Shown one piece after another: positions 45,578 through 57,706 of a DNA stretch of 64,000 nucleotides (within the stretch, counting starts at the first letter, position 1; each line of letters starts with the position of its first letter). The notes below the pieces were generated by a model. That model was not told the origin of the DNA. It did no database searches and saw only the letters and a list, made by a program, of their open reading frames with translations. The stretch is from contig JASGIM010000002.1 in the NCBI GenBank assembly GCA_047601855.1, positions 846,389-910,388 on the forward strand. Reading direction: 5' to 3'. Both the position numbers and the translations under genes were made by a program. Origin of the DNA: Flavobacteriales bacterium. GTDB taxonomy: Bacteria > Bacteroidota > Bacteroidia > Flavobacteriales_F > PHOS-HE28.

Positions 45578-46254
45578 GCGCCGGTGCTCAGGCGGTAGCC
45601 CAGGCCGTAAACGGTGCGGATGCGGTCCTGCCATCCTTTCTCCACCAGTTTCTTCCGCAGGTTCTTCATGTGTGAATAGAGGAAGTGGTCGTGGTCCATC
45701 CGTTCCGCGAGGTCGCCCCATACGTGCTCCACGATCGCTCCGCGCGACAGCACGCGGTCCTTGTTCATCACCAGGAACAGCAGCAGGTCGAACTGCATCA
45801 CGGTGAGGTCCACCCGCTGCCCGTTCACCTCCACCAGTTTGTCCTCGGGCACGATGCGCAGTTCGTCCAGCTCGATGGCCCGGTTACCGTCGAAGTGCTT
45901 GCGGCGGATGAGCGCGCGGAGGCGGGCCACCAGTTCGGGCAGGTGGAAGGGCTTGGTGAGGTAATCGTCCGCGCCGAGGCCGAGCCCGCCGATGCGGTCG
46001 TCCAGCCCTCCCTGGGCCGAGATGATGATGATGCCGGTGGACGGGTGCCGGCCGTGGAGCTCGCGCACCACTTCCAGGCCGCTGCCCTTGGGAAGCAGGA
46101 GGTCCACCAGCACCGCATCGTAGGTGTGGGATCGCGCCTTCTCCATGGTCGATGGCAGGTCATTGGCCGATTCCACCAGGAACCCTTCCTCCTGTAAGTA
46201 TGCGCGGATGGAACGCCGCAGCTCTGGTTCATCCTCGATCAGCAGCACTTTCAC
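45574..46254 (-). CDS. OmpR/PhoB-family response regulator
   Basis: 226 aa. Receiver (MKVLLIEDEPELRRSI, VLVDLLLPKGSG, LTKPF) plus winged-helix output (RVLSRGAIVEHVWG...IRTVYGLGYRL). Confidence 0.85.
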   Translation of the reverse strand: MKVLLIEDEPELRRSIRAYLQEEGFLVESANDLPSTMEKARSHTYDAVLVDLLLPKGSGLEVVRELHGRHPSTGIIIISAQGGLDDRIGGLGLGADDYLTKPFHLPELVARLRALIRRKHFDGNRAIELDELRIVPEDKLVEVNGQRVDLTVMQFDLLLFLVMNKDRVLSRGAIVEHVWGDLAERMDHDHFLYSHMKNLRKKLVEKGWQDRIRTVYGLGYRLSTGA

Positions 46255-46403
46255 GACCCGAAATTACCGGCACGATCCTGTGCGGATCCTGTACGTTCCA
46301 CGCGTTGGGTTCCCGCGAACATGGGCGTGTGTGAAACCTGCTTCCGTGCCCTCCATGGCCCCTTGGGCACCCCTCTACCTTCGGCGCAGCCCTAGGCGCG
46401 CCC

Positions 46404-47411
46404 ATGCCGAAACCTCCCAGCCGCGCATTCTCCCTGCTGCTCATCGCCCTTGCCGCGATGCTGCTGGCCGGTGCCGCGCATGCCCAACCGCCCAACGCCA
46501 GCTGCGCCGGCGCGCTCACGCTCTGTGCCGCACAGCCGCGCACGGGCAACAATACCGGGGCGGACCTGGTGACCCCCGGCTTCTGCCCGGGCACCGCCGC
46601 CACGCTCTGGTACACCTTCACCACCAACAGCGTGGGCGGCGTGGCGAACGTGTCGGTGACGGGCATCGACTGTCCCGCCCTGGCCGGAAGGGGCAAGGAA
46701 CTGAACGTGGTGGTGCTGAGCGGCGATGGCTCGTGCGCGTTCAATTCGTTCCATTCCGTTTCGCCGTGCGCGCGGGATACCTCCGCGATCGCCGTGACGA
46801 CGGACCCGCTGTCGCCTTCGGCCACTTACTGGCTGCTGATATCAGGCGTGGCCGGTGGCGGTGCCACGCAATTCGCGCAGTGCGGGTTCTCGGTATCGGT
46901 GAGCGGCCCCGGCGTGGACGTGGTGAACGTGGATTTCGATGCGGGCCCTGACCTGCAGATCGCGGAAGGGCAGAGCGTGGCGCTGAACGCCACGGGCGGC
47001 ACCACCTACCTGTGGACGCCGAACTCGGGCCTGAGCGGCGACAACGTGCCCGATCCCATCGCGCAGCCGCAGGAGACCACGGTGTACACCGTGGGCACCA
47101 CCATCGGCAACTGCGCCTACTTCGACCAGGTGACGGTGGAAGTGGTGCGGTTGATCCAGCCCATGAACATGTTCACGCCCAACGGCGACGGCATCAACGA
47201 CGTGTGGGAGATCCCCGGCATCGCCACCTATCCGCAGGCGGATGTAAGCGTGTATGACCGTTGGGGCCAGCGCGTGTACCACGACGTGGGTTATCGCGTG
47301 CCCTTTGATGGCCACGGCCTGCCCGCCGCCACCTATTACTGGCACATCGACCTGAACCGGCTGAACGGCCGGTCGGCACCCTATACGGGCTACCTCACCC
47401 TTGTGCGTTGA
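46404..47411 (+). CDS. Secreted protein with T9SS type B (gliding-motility-associated) C-terminal domain
   Basis: 335 aa with a signal peptide. C-terminus MFTPNGDGINDVWEIPGIATYPQADVSVYDRWGQRVY...YYWHIDL...GYLTLVR matches the CHU_C/type B CTD pattern. Confidence 0.75.
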   Translation: MPKPPSRAFSLLLIALAAMLLAGAAHAQPPNASCAGALTLCAAQPRTGNNTGADLVTPGFCPGTAATLWYTFTTNSVGGVANVSVTGIDCPALAGRGKELNVVVLSGDGSCAFNSFHSVSPCARDTSAIAVTTDPLSPSATYWLLISGVAGGGATQFAQCGFSVSVSGPGVDVVNVDFDAGPDLQIAEGQSVALNATGGTTYLWTPNSGLSGDNVPDPIAQPQETTVYTVGTTIGNCAYFDQVTVEVVRLIQPMNMFTPNGDGINDVWEIPGIATYPQADVSVYDRWGQRVYHDVGYRVPFDGHGLPAATYYWHIDLNRLNGRSAPYTGYLTLVR

Positions 47412-48349
47412 TGCGTTCGCTGCTGTTCCCCCTCCTTGTTCTGCTGGCCGCGCAGGTGCCGGCCCAGCAGACGGCGCAATACACGCAGTACGTGTTCAAC
47501 ATGTTCAGCATCAACCCGGCGGTCGCGGGCAGCAAGGATTGCCTGGACGTGCGCATGGGCTTCCGCAACCAATGGACCGGCTTCGACGGCGCGCCCACCA
47601 CGGGCTGGGCCTCCCTGCACGGGAGCATCCGCAGGAAAGGCAAGCAGTTCCGCGCCGATCGCCACGGCTTCGGCATGACGGTGGAGGCCGACAACACCGG
47701 CGCGCTGGGTTACACCTCGGTGAACCTGGCCTACGCCTACCACATCCAGACCGCGCGCGACTATTTCGTGGCGCTGGGGCTTTTCGCCGGTGTGCAGCAG
47801 GAGAAGCTGGACATCGGCGGCGTGAACGTGTCGAACTACAACGACCCGGTGCTCGCGGGAAAGGCCAGCGTGCTGCTGGTCCCCAACATCAGCCCGGGCA
47901 TCCAGATCTACAGCAAGACGTCGTGGCTGGGGCTCACCATCCACCAGGCGCTGGGCAACAAGTTCAAGGACCTGGGCACGGACAGCCGCCTCAACCGCCA
48001 GTTCTTCCTCACGGGAGGCAAGCGCTTGCGCATCAGCAAATACATGAGCGCGGTGCCCAGCACGCTGATGAAGATCGCTCCAGGTGCGCCGCTGGCGCTG
48101 GACCTCAACGTGATGCTGGAGTACCGTCGCAAGCTCGGCCTGGGCATGAGCTACCGCAACCAGGACGCGGTGGCCTTCATGATCAAGCTGCCCTTCCTGA
48201 AGTTCTTCACGCTCGGCTACAGCTATGACGTGACCACGAGCCGCCTGCGCGTGGCCAGTTCCAACACCCATGAGATCATCCTCGCCATCTATCCGTGCGC
48301 GGCCGAGGATCCCAACAAAGCCATTGTGCGATGCCCGATCTTCGAATGA
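47408..48349 (+). CDS. PorP/SprF family T9SS outer-membrane protein
   Basis: 313 aa with a signal peptide. Hallmark QQTAQYTQYVFNMFSINPAVAGS. C-terminal SYDVTTSRLRVASSNTHEIIL. ATGA-type overlaps with both neighbours. Confidence 0.8.
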   Translation: MMRSLLFPLLVLLAAQVPAQQTAQYTQYVFNMFSINPAVAGSKDCLDVRMGFRNQWTGFDGAPTTGWASLHGSIRRKGKQFRADRHGFGMTVEADNTGALGYTSVNLAYAYHIQTARDYFVALGLFAGVQQEKLDIGGVNVSNYNDPVLAGKASVLLVPNISPGIQIYSKTSWLGLTIHQALGNKFKDLGTDSRLNRQFFLTGGKRLRISKYMSAVPSTLMKIAPGAPLALDLNVMLEYRRKLGLGMSYRNQDAVAFMIKLPFLKFFTLGYSYDVTTSRLRVASSNTHEIILAIYPCAAEDPNKAIVRCPIFE

Positions 48350-51300
48350 CCCGACCCCAGCGTCCGTACCGTGCAGTGCTGCTGCTCTGCGCCGCGCTGC
48401 TTTCCCTCGGCTCCTTCGCGCAGCAGGTCAGATACTGGGTGGGCGGCGCAGGCGAATGGGATGATGCGCGGCATTGGTCCGCCACGCCGGGCGGCCCTGG
48501 CGGCGCGGGCGCTCCGCGCGCGGATGAGCGCGCGGTGATCGAGGGCCCTGCGCGCGTGCACGTGGGTGTGAACACGCAGCACGCAGGCCTTTCCCTGGAC
48601 GGCACGAACGGCGAGGTGGCTGTCACCGGCGATGCGCAACGGATGCGCGTGCGCGGCGGCATGGCGATGCGCGGCGCCGTGCGTTGGTCGCTTGCGGGAA
48701 CGATCGAACTGGATGGGGATGCGCAGGCGGTGAACGAGCTTGACCTGCGCGGCATCCCGCTCGCCAGCGATGTGCGCCTCGTGGGCGGTACCTGGTCCAT
48801 GAAGAGCGATTTCGTGCTTTCGGATGCGCGCACGCTCACGCTGGTGCAAGGAGACCTTTCCTCCAACGGCAACCTGGTCCGCGCCGGTGGGCTGCGCACG
48901 GAGGGCCGCCGCCCGCACCGCTTGATCGCGGGCGCGTCGGTGGTGATGCTGGAACAGCCGTTGAGCGGCGCGGAGGCCTTCGTGGAGCCGGGCGCTTCGC
49001 GGCTGGTGGTGGACGGTGCCGCGCGCGAGTGGGGCGGCGCCGCAGCCACCGCGCGCGCTGCCGATCGCAACATCAACATCTGCGGCACGGGCGCGGGGCA
49101 GACGCTCTTCACGATCGACGCGCAACTGATCAGCAACTACAACGGCTTCGGCGTGTCGTGCCACGGCGTGTGCAACGGCCGCGTGCAGGTGACGGTGTCG
49201 GGCGGTGTCGGGCCTTTCACCTACAGCTGGATCGGCGGCCCCACCACGGCCACCTGGAACAACGTATGCCCCGGCAACCAGATCGTGATCGTGACGGACC
49301 GGGGCCAGGGCGTGAGCTGCGCCACCACCGTGCAGGTGACCGATCCCGCGCTGCTGAGCGTGATCTTCTTCGGCAACCAGCCGCCCACCTGTTCCACCGT
49401 GTGCAACGGCTCGTCCAACGCGCTGGCCGTGGGCGGCGTGCCCGGCTACACCTACAACTGGAACAACGGCGCGGGCTCGGGATCGTCCTTCAACCAGCTC
49501 TGTCCGGGCTCGAACACGCTGCACGTGACGGACGCGAACAACTGCGCGTTCGACACCACGTTCCTCTTTCCGATCCAACCCATCTCGCCGCACCTCACGG
49601 TAACGAACGCCCACTGTTCCGGCAGCTGCGATGGAACGGCCGTCGCCGCGCCCACCGGTGGAACGGGCACGTACAACTACAACTGGCAGCCTGCCCCGGG
49701 TAGCGGCCAGGGCACCGCCACGGCGAGCGGCCTGTGCCCCGGCGCTTACAGCCTTACGATATCCGACGTCAACGGTTGCGACACCACCGTGCAGTTCCAG
49801 ATCACGGCGCCGCCGTCGATCCTGCCCAACGCGACGCACGTGAACGCGACCTGCTCCGGCCGCTGCGATGGCCGCGCTTCCGTCGCGCCCACGGGCGCTA
49901 CGGGGCCGTTCACCTACCTCTGGACACCCGCACCCGGCGGTGGTCAGGGAACGGCGGCCGCCACTGGCCTGTGCGCCGGTAGCTATACGGTGAACATCCG
50001 GAATAACGCGACGAACTGCGACACCACGGTCACCATCGTCATCACTTCGCCGCCCGCCATCATTCCCGGCCCGGCGCATACCGACCTCACCTGCGCGAAC
50101 GCCTGCGACGGCACCGCGTCGGTCGCGCCCACCGGTGGAACGCCCGGTTATTCCTATGTCTGGACCCCGCTTCCGCCTGTCGGCCAGGGCACGCCCAACG
50201 TGCTCCAGCTCTGCGCCGGCACGTGGGCCGTTCGCATAGCGGATGCCGCCGGTTGTGACACCACGGTGCGGATCGCCGTGCAACAACCGCCGCCGCTCGA
50301 TCCGCATGGCTCGTTCACGGACATCACCTGTTCCGGCCAATGCAATGGCACCGCCTCCGTGGCGCCCACGGGCGGAACGGGCGCATACACCTATCAATGG
50401 GCGCCGAACCCTCCTGCGGGCCAGGGCACGCCGAACGCGTCCCAGCTCTGCCCCGGCAACTGGCGCGTGACCGTGCGCGATGCCGCAGGCTGCGATACCA
50501 CCATCACGTTCGAGCTGATGGCCCCGCCTCCTTTGCAAGTGACGCCGGCGCACACCAACGTCACCTGCGGGCCGCGCTGCGATGGCACGGCATCCGTGGC
50601 CGTTACCGGCGGCACGCCGGGCTATACCTACAGTTGGAGCCCTGCACCTCCGGGTGGCCAAGGCACGGCGAACGCCACGGGCCTGTGCGCGGGAACGTGG
50701 ACGGTGACCGTTACCGACGCGAAAGGTTGCACCCGGTCGCAGGCCTTCAACATCCTGCCTGCCGTGCCCTTGCGATTGTCGCTGCAAGTGATCCCGGCCA
50801 CCTGCCCGAACGTGTGCGATGGCCGTGCGGGAGTGATCGTTACGGGTGGAAGCGCTGCATACACCTATGCCTGGTCGCCTGCTCCGGGTGCCGGCCAGGG
50901 TACGGCGAACGTGACCGGCCTTTGCCCGCGTGCCTATTCACTGAAGGTGACCGATGCGTTGGGTTGCGACACCACCATCAGCTTCACGGTGAATGCGCCG
51001 TTGCCGATCGTGCCGAACGGAACGGTGAACGATGCCTCCTGCCACGGCGCCTGCGATGGCCGGATCACCCTGGTGCCCGTGGGAGGTAGTGGAAGCTTCA
51101 CGTACCAATGGACCCCCGTTCCCCCGAACGGCCAGGGTACGCCGACCGCCACGGGCCTTTGTGCCGGCAGCTACCGGGTAAGGATCGCCAGCGGCGCCTG
51201 CGACACCACCGTCACGTTCCAAGTGCAGGAGCCTCCGGCGATCCGGGTGGCGATGACCGTGACGCCCACCAGTTGCGCCCGTGCATGCAATGGCTCCGCC

Positions 51301-54300
51301 TCGGCGAACGCCAGCGGTGGCACGCCTGCCCTCACGTACACGTGGAGCCCCGCACCCGGCGCTGGTCAAGGCACGCCGACCGCCACGGGCCTTTGCCCCG
51401 GTGACTACACGCTCACCGTTGCGGATAGGGCCGGTTGCGACACCACGCTCACCTTCACCATCACGGCACCGCCGCCGATCCAACCGCGCCTGACCACCAC
51501 CAACGCGAGCTGCGGCGGCGGCTGCGACGGAACGGCATCCGTGGCGCCCACGGGGGGGACGGGCGCGTTCGCTATCCGTTGGAGCCCTGCACCCGGCGCT
51601 GGTCAAGGCACACCGAACGCCACGGGCTTGTGCGTGGGCGCATACACGGTAACGCTGACGGATGCCGCAGGTTGCGATACCACGTTGCAGTTCAACATAG
51701 CCACGCCGAGCCGCATCGTCGCCATGCCCTCATCCACGGATGCATCGTGCGCGAACAGTTGTGACGGAGCCATCGGCCTTGCGACGAGCGGAGGCTTGCC
51801 GCCATACACCTATGCCTGGTCACCTGCTCCAGGTGCGGGTCAGGGCACGCCGAACGTGACCGGCCTTTGTCCGGGTGATCGGACGGTGACGGTGAAGGAT
51901 GCCGCCGGTTGCGACACCACGCTGGTAGTCACCATCCACGCGCCCACGCCGATCACGCCGAACGGCAGCTTCACGAACGGGACCTGCAACGGGCCGTGCG
52001 ATGGCACGGCCACGGTGGCGCCCGCTGGTGGGAGCGGTGGCTATTCGTTCAACTGGGCACCTGCACCTGCCACAGGACAGGGCACGAGCACGGTGAGCGG
52101 CCTGTGCCCGGGTAACTGGCGCGTCACCATCACCGATGCAGCGGGTTGCGACACCACGTGGGCTTTCACCGTTCTGCCTGCGGTGCCGATTACCGGAACG
52201 ATCACCGCGCAACCCACGCCATGCGCGGGCACGTGCGGTGGCACGGCCACGGTGAGCGCCAGTGGTGGCACGGGCGGATACACGTACCAATGGTCGCCGG
52301 CACCGGGTGGCGGACAAGGCACCGCCACGGCCACGGGGCTGTGCGTCGGGGCGTACAGCGTTACCGTGACGGATGCGGTGGGTTGCAACACGGTGTTCAC
52401 GGCCACCGTTGGTGGCGCGGCGCCGATCGCCGTGGCCTTGACGATCACGGATGAGGATTGTTCCGCCGCTTGCACAGGCACCGCGACCGCTGCGGTCACC
52501 GGAGGTAGCGGTACATACACCTTCGCTTGGCAGCCGTCGCCGGCCACGGGCCAGGGCACGGGTAGCGTGACCGGTCTGTGCGCGGGCACGAACTATACGC
52601 TGACGGTGACCGACGCGAACGGTTGTAATACCACGGTGGCGGTCAACGTGCAGGCTTTCGACCCGATCCGTCCCAACGCGACAATGACCCCGCCGACCTG
52701 CGCCACGCGTTGCGATGGTGCCATCGGCCTGGCGCCGTCAGGCGGAACGGCCCCCTATACCGTGATCTGGTCACCGATCCCACGGGAAGGGCAAGGCACG
52801 CTGACGGCCACGGGCCTCTGTGCGGGTGATCACGAGGTCACCATCACCGATGCACATGGCTGTGATGTGCAGGTGACCTTGTCGGTCGTCGATCCGCCGC
52901 CGGTGATCGCGACCGCGGTGGTCCAGGACCTGCATTGCAACAGCGTTTGCGATGGCCGCATCGACGTTACCGTGGCCGGTGGTCCCGGTGGTGCCTTCAG
53001 CTACACCTGGAGCCCTGCGCCACCGGCGGGCCAGGGCACGCCGAACATCAGCGGCCTGTGCGCGGGTGATTGGCACCTGACGATCGGCACGCCGAACGGC
53101 TGCGATACCACGATCACATGGACCGTGAACGCGCCGCCTCCGCTCACGGCGGCGGCGGACATCACGCCGAGCCATTGCACGGTATGCGATGGCAGCATAT
53201 TCGTGCATGTGAGCGGTGGAACGCCGGGCTATACGTTCGCCTGGGGGCCGCCCTCGAACACCACGACGACGGACAGCCTGATCACCGGGCTCTGCGCCGG
53301 CATCCATTCCCTCACGGTGACCGATGCAGCGGGGTGTGCCGCGAACTTCTCCTACGCGATCAGCGACCCGAGCGGGGAGCGGTTGACGATGACCGATGGA
53401 TCGACGTCGTGCCCGAACCGGTGCGATGGGCAGGTGTCCGTGGCATTCGCCTGTTCCGCTCCGGCCTGCACGATCGCCTGGTCCGATGGTACGGGTACCG
53501 ACCTCGGCCGGAACAGTAACGACCTCGACGGCCTGTGCGCGGGCATCTACCTCGCGCGGGTGATGAACGGCGATGGCTGCATGACGATCGATACCGCCAC
53601 GGTGGCGGCGCCACCGGCGATCACCACCGGCATCAGCAGCACGCCGGTGAGCTGCGCGGGGGATTGTGATGGCACGGCCACGGTGGGCATCTCCGGTGGA
53701 ACGGCACCGTTCACGCTGACGTGGACCCCCGCGCCGGGCGCGGGCCAGGGCACGCCGCACACTTCGGGCCTATGCCCCGGACCGTACGACATCCACATCG
53801 CGGATGCGGCCGGTTGCGACACCACCTACAGCGTGTTGATCCTGGCGCCGTTGCCGGTCGCCGCCAATGCCACCGTTACGGACATCAGCTGTGCGGGGCA
53901 ATGCGACGGCCGGATCGACCTGCATGTCACCGGTGGGACCGGGGCGTTCACCTACCTGTGGTCCCCGCCGCCGCCGAGCGGGCAGGGCACCTCCACGGCC
54001 TCCGCGCTGTGCCCGGGCACGTATGATGTGCTCCTGCGCGATGCGAACGGTTGCGATACCACGCTCACGTTCACGCTGACCGATCCATCGCCGATCGTGC
54101 TCACGCCGTCCACCACGCCGAGCCAGTGCGCCGCCTGCAACGGCGCCGCCGCCGTGGCCGTGGCAGGTGGAACGGGTCCGGTGAACGTGACCTGGACCAA
54201 TGCATCGGGCACCGTGGTGGGCACGGGTGATACGATCGGTGGCTTGTGCGCCGGCCTCTATACCGCGCGTGCGCAGGACAGCCATGGTTGCGCGGTGAGC

Positions 54301-57300
54301 GTGGTCGTGGCGGTCGGCGACCTCAATGGCGAAGCGCTCACGATGATCGATGGCCGAACGCTTTGCGCCACCGCATGCGACGCGCAGGTGGGCGTCACGT
54401 TCACCTGCACCACCGGACCCTGCACCATCACGTGGTACGATGCCGATGCGCACAGCATCGCGCAGAACACGTTCACGGTGACCGATCTCTGCCCCGGCCT
54501 CTACATCGCCGAGGTATCGAACGCCGCGGGATGCACCAGCATCGATACCGCGATGGTCACGCCGTCGAACGCGATCCGGCCGAACCTGAGCACTACGGCG
54601 GCAAGCTGCGCGGGCGCCTGCGATGGCACCGCCACGGTCGGCCCCGTCGGTGGCGTGGCTCCCTATACCTACGATTGGTCGCCGGATTCCGCCCGCAGGG
54701 GATGGCACGCCGCACGTCACCGGGCTCTGTCCGGGTGTGTATGAAGTGCACATCGCGGATGCGACCGGTTGCGATACTACGGTCTCCGTGCTGGTCCTCG
54801 GGCCACCGCCGCTGGTGGTCTCCGCGCAACTGCGGATGGTCACTTGCAACGGTGCTTGTGACGGCAGCATCGTGGTGACACCGGCCGGTGGGAACGGCTT
54901 CTACGGCTTCACGTGGTCCCCTGTGCCACCGAACGGACAGGGCAGCAACGGCGCGTTCAACCTCTGCCCCGGCGACTGGACAGTGACCGTGGCCGACGTG
55001 AACGGCTGCGACACCACGATCACGTATCTGATCACCGAACCGCCGGTGCTCACGCTCGGTCCCACGTCCACGCCAAGTACGTGCAGCGTGTGCTCCGGCA
55101 CCGCCGCTGTGCAGCCTTCCGGTGGAACGCTCCCGTACGCCTATTCCTGGACGCGCGACGGCAGCGTGTTCGCCACGGATAGCGCACTCACAGGCCTTTG
55201 TGCGGCGCTCTATGGCATCACGGTGACCGATGCCAATGGCTGTAGCGCGCAAGCGCCGGTGCCGGTGAACGATGCCGATGGCGAAGTGGTGACAACGACC
55301 GGTGATGTCGTCACCTGCCCCGGTGTGTGCGATGGGGACGTGTCCGCCTCGTTCAATTGCGCGGTCCCGGCATGCACCGTTGCCTGGTTCGATGCCGGTG
55401 GAACGGACCTCCACCAAAGCGGCACCGCTTTGCAGGACCTCTGTGCGGGCACCTACTTCGTGCGGGTGACGAACGGTGATGGCTGCGTGACACAGGAGCC
55501 CGCCGTGGTGAGCGAGCCGGACCCGATTGTGGCGAACCTAAGCACCACCCCGGTCACGTGTTCCGGTGCATGTGATGGCACGGCCACCGTAGGCCCCACC
55601 GGTGGCGCGGGCGGCTATGCCTTCGATTGGGAGCCCGACCCCCCGAACGGCGATGGCGGTCCGCAGGCCACCGACCTCTGTGCGGGGACCTATCAGGTCA
55701 CCATCACCGATGCCGCCGGTTGCTCGATCGTGCAGGGCGTGATCATCCTTGGGCCCACGCCGATCACCGCTGTGGCGGTGGTGGGGCCGATCACCTGCAA
55801 CGGTGCCTGCGACGGCAGCATCACCGTGAACGCACAAGGTGGCAACGGCGGCTTCACCTATGCGTGGTCACCCGGGCCGATCACGGGCCAGGGCACCAGC
55901 ACCGTGTCGCAGTTGTGCGCGGGTGATCGGACCCTCACCATTACGGACCTGAAGGGGTGCGACACCACTTTCACCGTGCCGGTGGCGGAGCCTCCCGTGT
56001 TGCTCACCGACCTGACGACCGCGGACAACGCATGCTTCGGCGATTGCTCGGGCACGGGCCACATCGATGTGAGCGGAGGCATCGCTCCCTACGCGATCGC
56101 CTGGGTGAACGCCGCCGGTGATACGCTCGCGCGGAACACCGCCGATGTCGGCAACCTCTGCAGCGGGGATTACAGCGTGACCGTGGCGGACGCGAACCGC
56201 TGCGTGCGCACGTTGCCGTTCATCATCGCTCCGGGCGTGGCGATCGAAGCGAACCTCTTGTTCACCAACGAAACATGCCAGGGCCCCTGTGACGGCACGG
56301 CGAGCATCGCTCCCACCGGTGGTTCGGGCATGTACACCATCACGTGGTCACCGGAACCGGCCACGGGCCAGGGCACACCTACGGTGACCGGCCTCTGTGC
56401 GGGGAACAACCGGGTGACCATCGCCGATGCCGCGGGCTGTGACACCACGATCACGTTCACGGTGCTGCCGTTCCAGCCGATCGTACCGAACGCCGTGGTG
56501 CAGAATGTCACCTGCAATGGCGCATGCAATGGTTCCGTGACGCTGGCGCCGGCCGGCGGCAACGGCCCGTATACCTATGTGTGGTCGCCGGAACCGGCCA
56601 CAGGCCAGGGCACGGGAACGGTCAGCGGCCTCTGCGCCGGTGACATCACCGTCACCATCACGGACGCTACGCGCTGCGACACCACTGTCACCTTCACCAT
56701 CACGGAACCGCCTGCGTTGGCGGTCACGGTGGATGATGCGATCGACGCCAGTTGCAACACGGCGGCGGATGGATCGATCGCCATCTCGATCAGCGGTGGT
56801 GTTCCGGGCTATGGTGTCTCGTGGAGCGGCCCGGGCGGCTTCTCGTCCACCGATGAGGACATCACCGGACTGCTACCCGGCGTGTACGACGTAACAGTGA
56901 CGGATGCGAACAGCTGCACCACCACCCTGCAAGTGACCGTTGGCGCGCTGAACAGCGTGGTGGCGGATGCCGGTCCTGCTTTCAATGACTGTGCAGGCAT
57001 GCCGATCACACTGGACGGCAGCAACAGCCAGGGTGCCACAGCTTATCAATGGACCGATGGCGACAACAACGTGGTGGGCACCGGTGCGGTGGTGCAAGTG
57101 GGCGGTCTTCCGCCGGGCATCCACACGTTCACGCTGACCGTGAGCGATGGCCCATGCTCCGCCACGGACGACGTGCAGGTGACAATCTTCCCCAGCCCCG
57201 TCGCGGATGCTGGTCCGGACCAGAGCGTGTTCGTGCAGGGCACGGTCACCTTGGGCGGACAGCCGAGCGGTCCGTTGGGCAGCACGTTCGCGTGGGCGCC

Positions 57301-57703
57301 GGACAGCCTCCTGGACCACGCGGATGCGGCCAATCCTGCGGCGACGGTACACCGGACCACGTGGTTCGTGCTCACCGTGGTGGGCCCCGATGGTTGCGTG
57401 GACACCGATTCGGTGCTGGTGACGGTGATTCCCGAGGTGAAGGTGCCGAGCGGCTTCTCGCCCAATGGCGATGGCTACAACGACACGTGGCAGCTGGACT
57501 TCATCGACCTCTTCCCGGACTGCGAAGTGGAGATCTTCAACCGCTGGGGTGAACCGCTGTTCAAGAGCGTGGGCTACCGGACGCCGTGGGACGGCCGGTA
57601 CAAGAACGGGTTCGTGCCGGTGGGCACCTACTACTACGCCATCAACCTGAACGACCCGCGGTTCCCCGAGGCGCTCACCGGGCCGCTTACCGTGATCCGT
57701 TAA
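48346..57703 (+). pseudogene. Giant (about 3118 aa) SprB-repeat adhesin with T9SS type B CTD; single frame break near 54685 (frameshift or assembly indel)
   Basis: Start MTRPQRPYRAVLLLCAALLSLGSFAQQ overlaps the PorP stop. About 33 modules of the form C-x-G-x-C-D-G-T-A-x-V-x-P-T-G-G-T-x-x-Y-T-Y-x-W...GQGT...GLC-x-G-x-Y-x-V-T-V-T-D-A-x-G-C-D-T-T. ORF 48295..54744 ends YTYDWSPDSARRG... ORF 54623..57703 continues IPPAGDGTPHVTGLCPG. C-terminus FSPNGDGYNDTWQLDF...YYYAINL...LTVIR. Confidence 0.75.
49140..56945 (+). repeat. About 33 tandem coding modules (about 228-237 bp each) of SprB-repeat type inside the giant adhesin
   Basis: Counted from the recurring module-start motif C-x2-3-C-(D/N)-G...GG in the two ORF-track translations. 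Confidence 0.8.
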
Positions 57704-57706
57704 CAC

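Noticed and set aside
49140-56945. Regular ~231-bp and ~240-bp periodicities (also 59270-64000), and the short spacer repeats at 18.6-23.7 kb, considered as CRISPR-like arrays.
   Set aside because: The long periodicities are in-frame protein modules within continuous ORFs. The short GAATGG/CCATTC units are degenerate, not separated by uniform unique spacers, and no cas genes are present.
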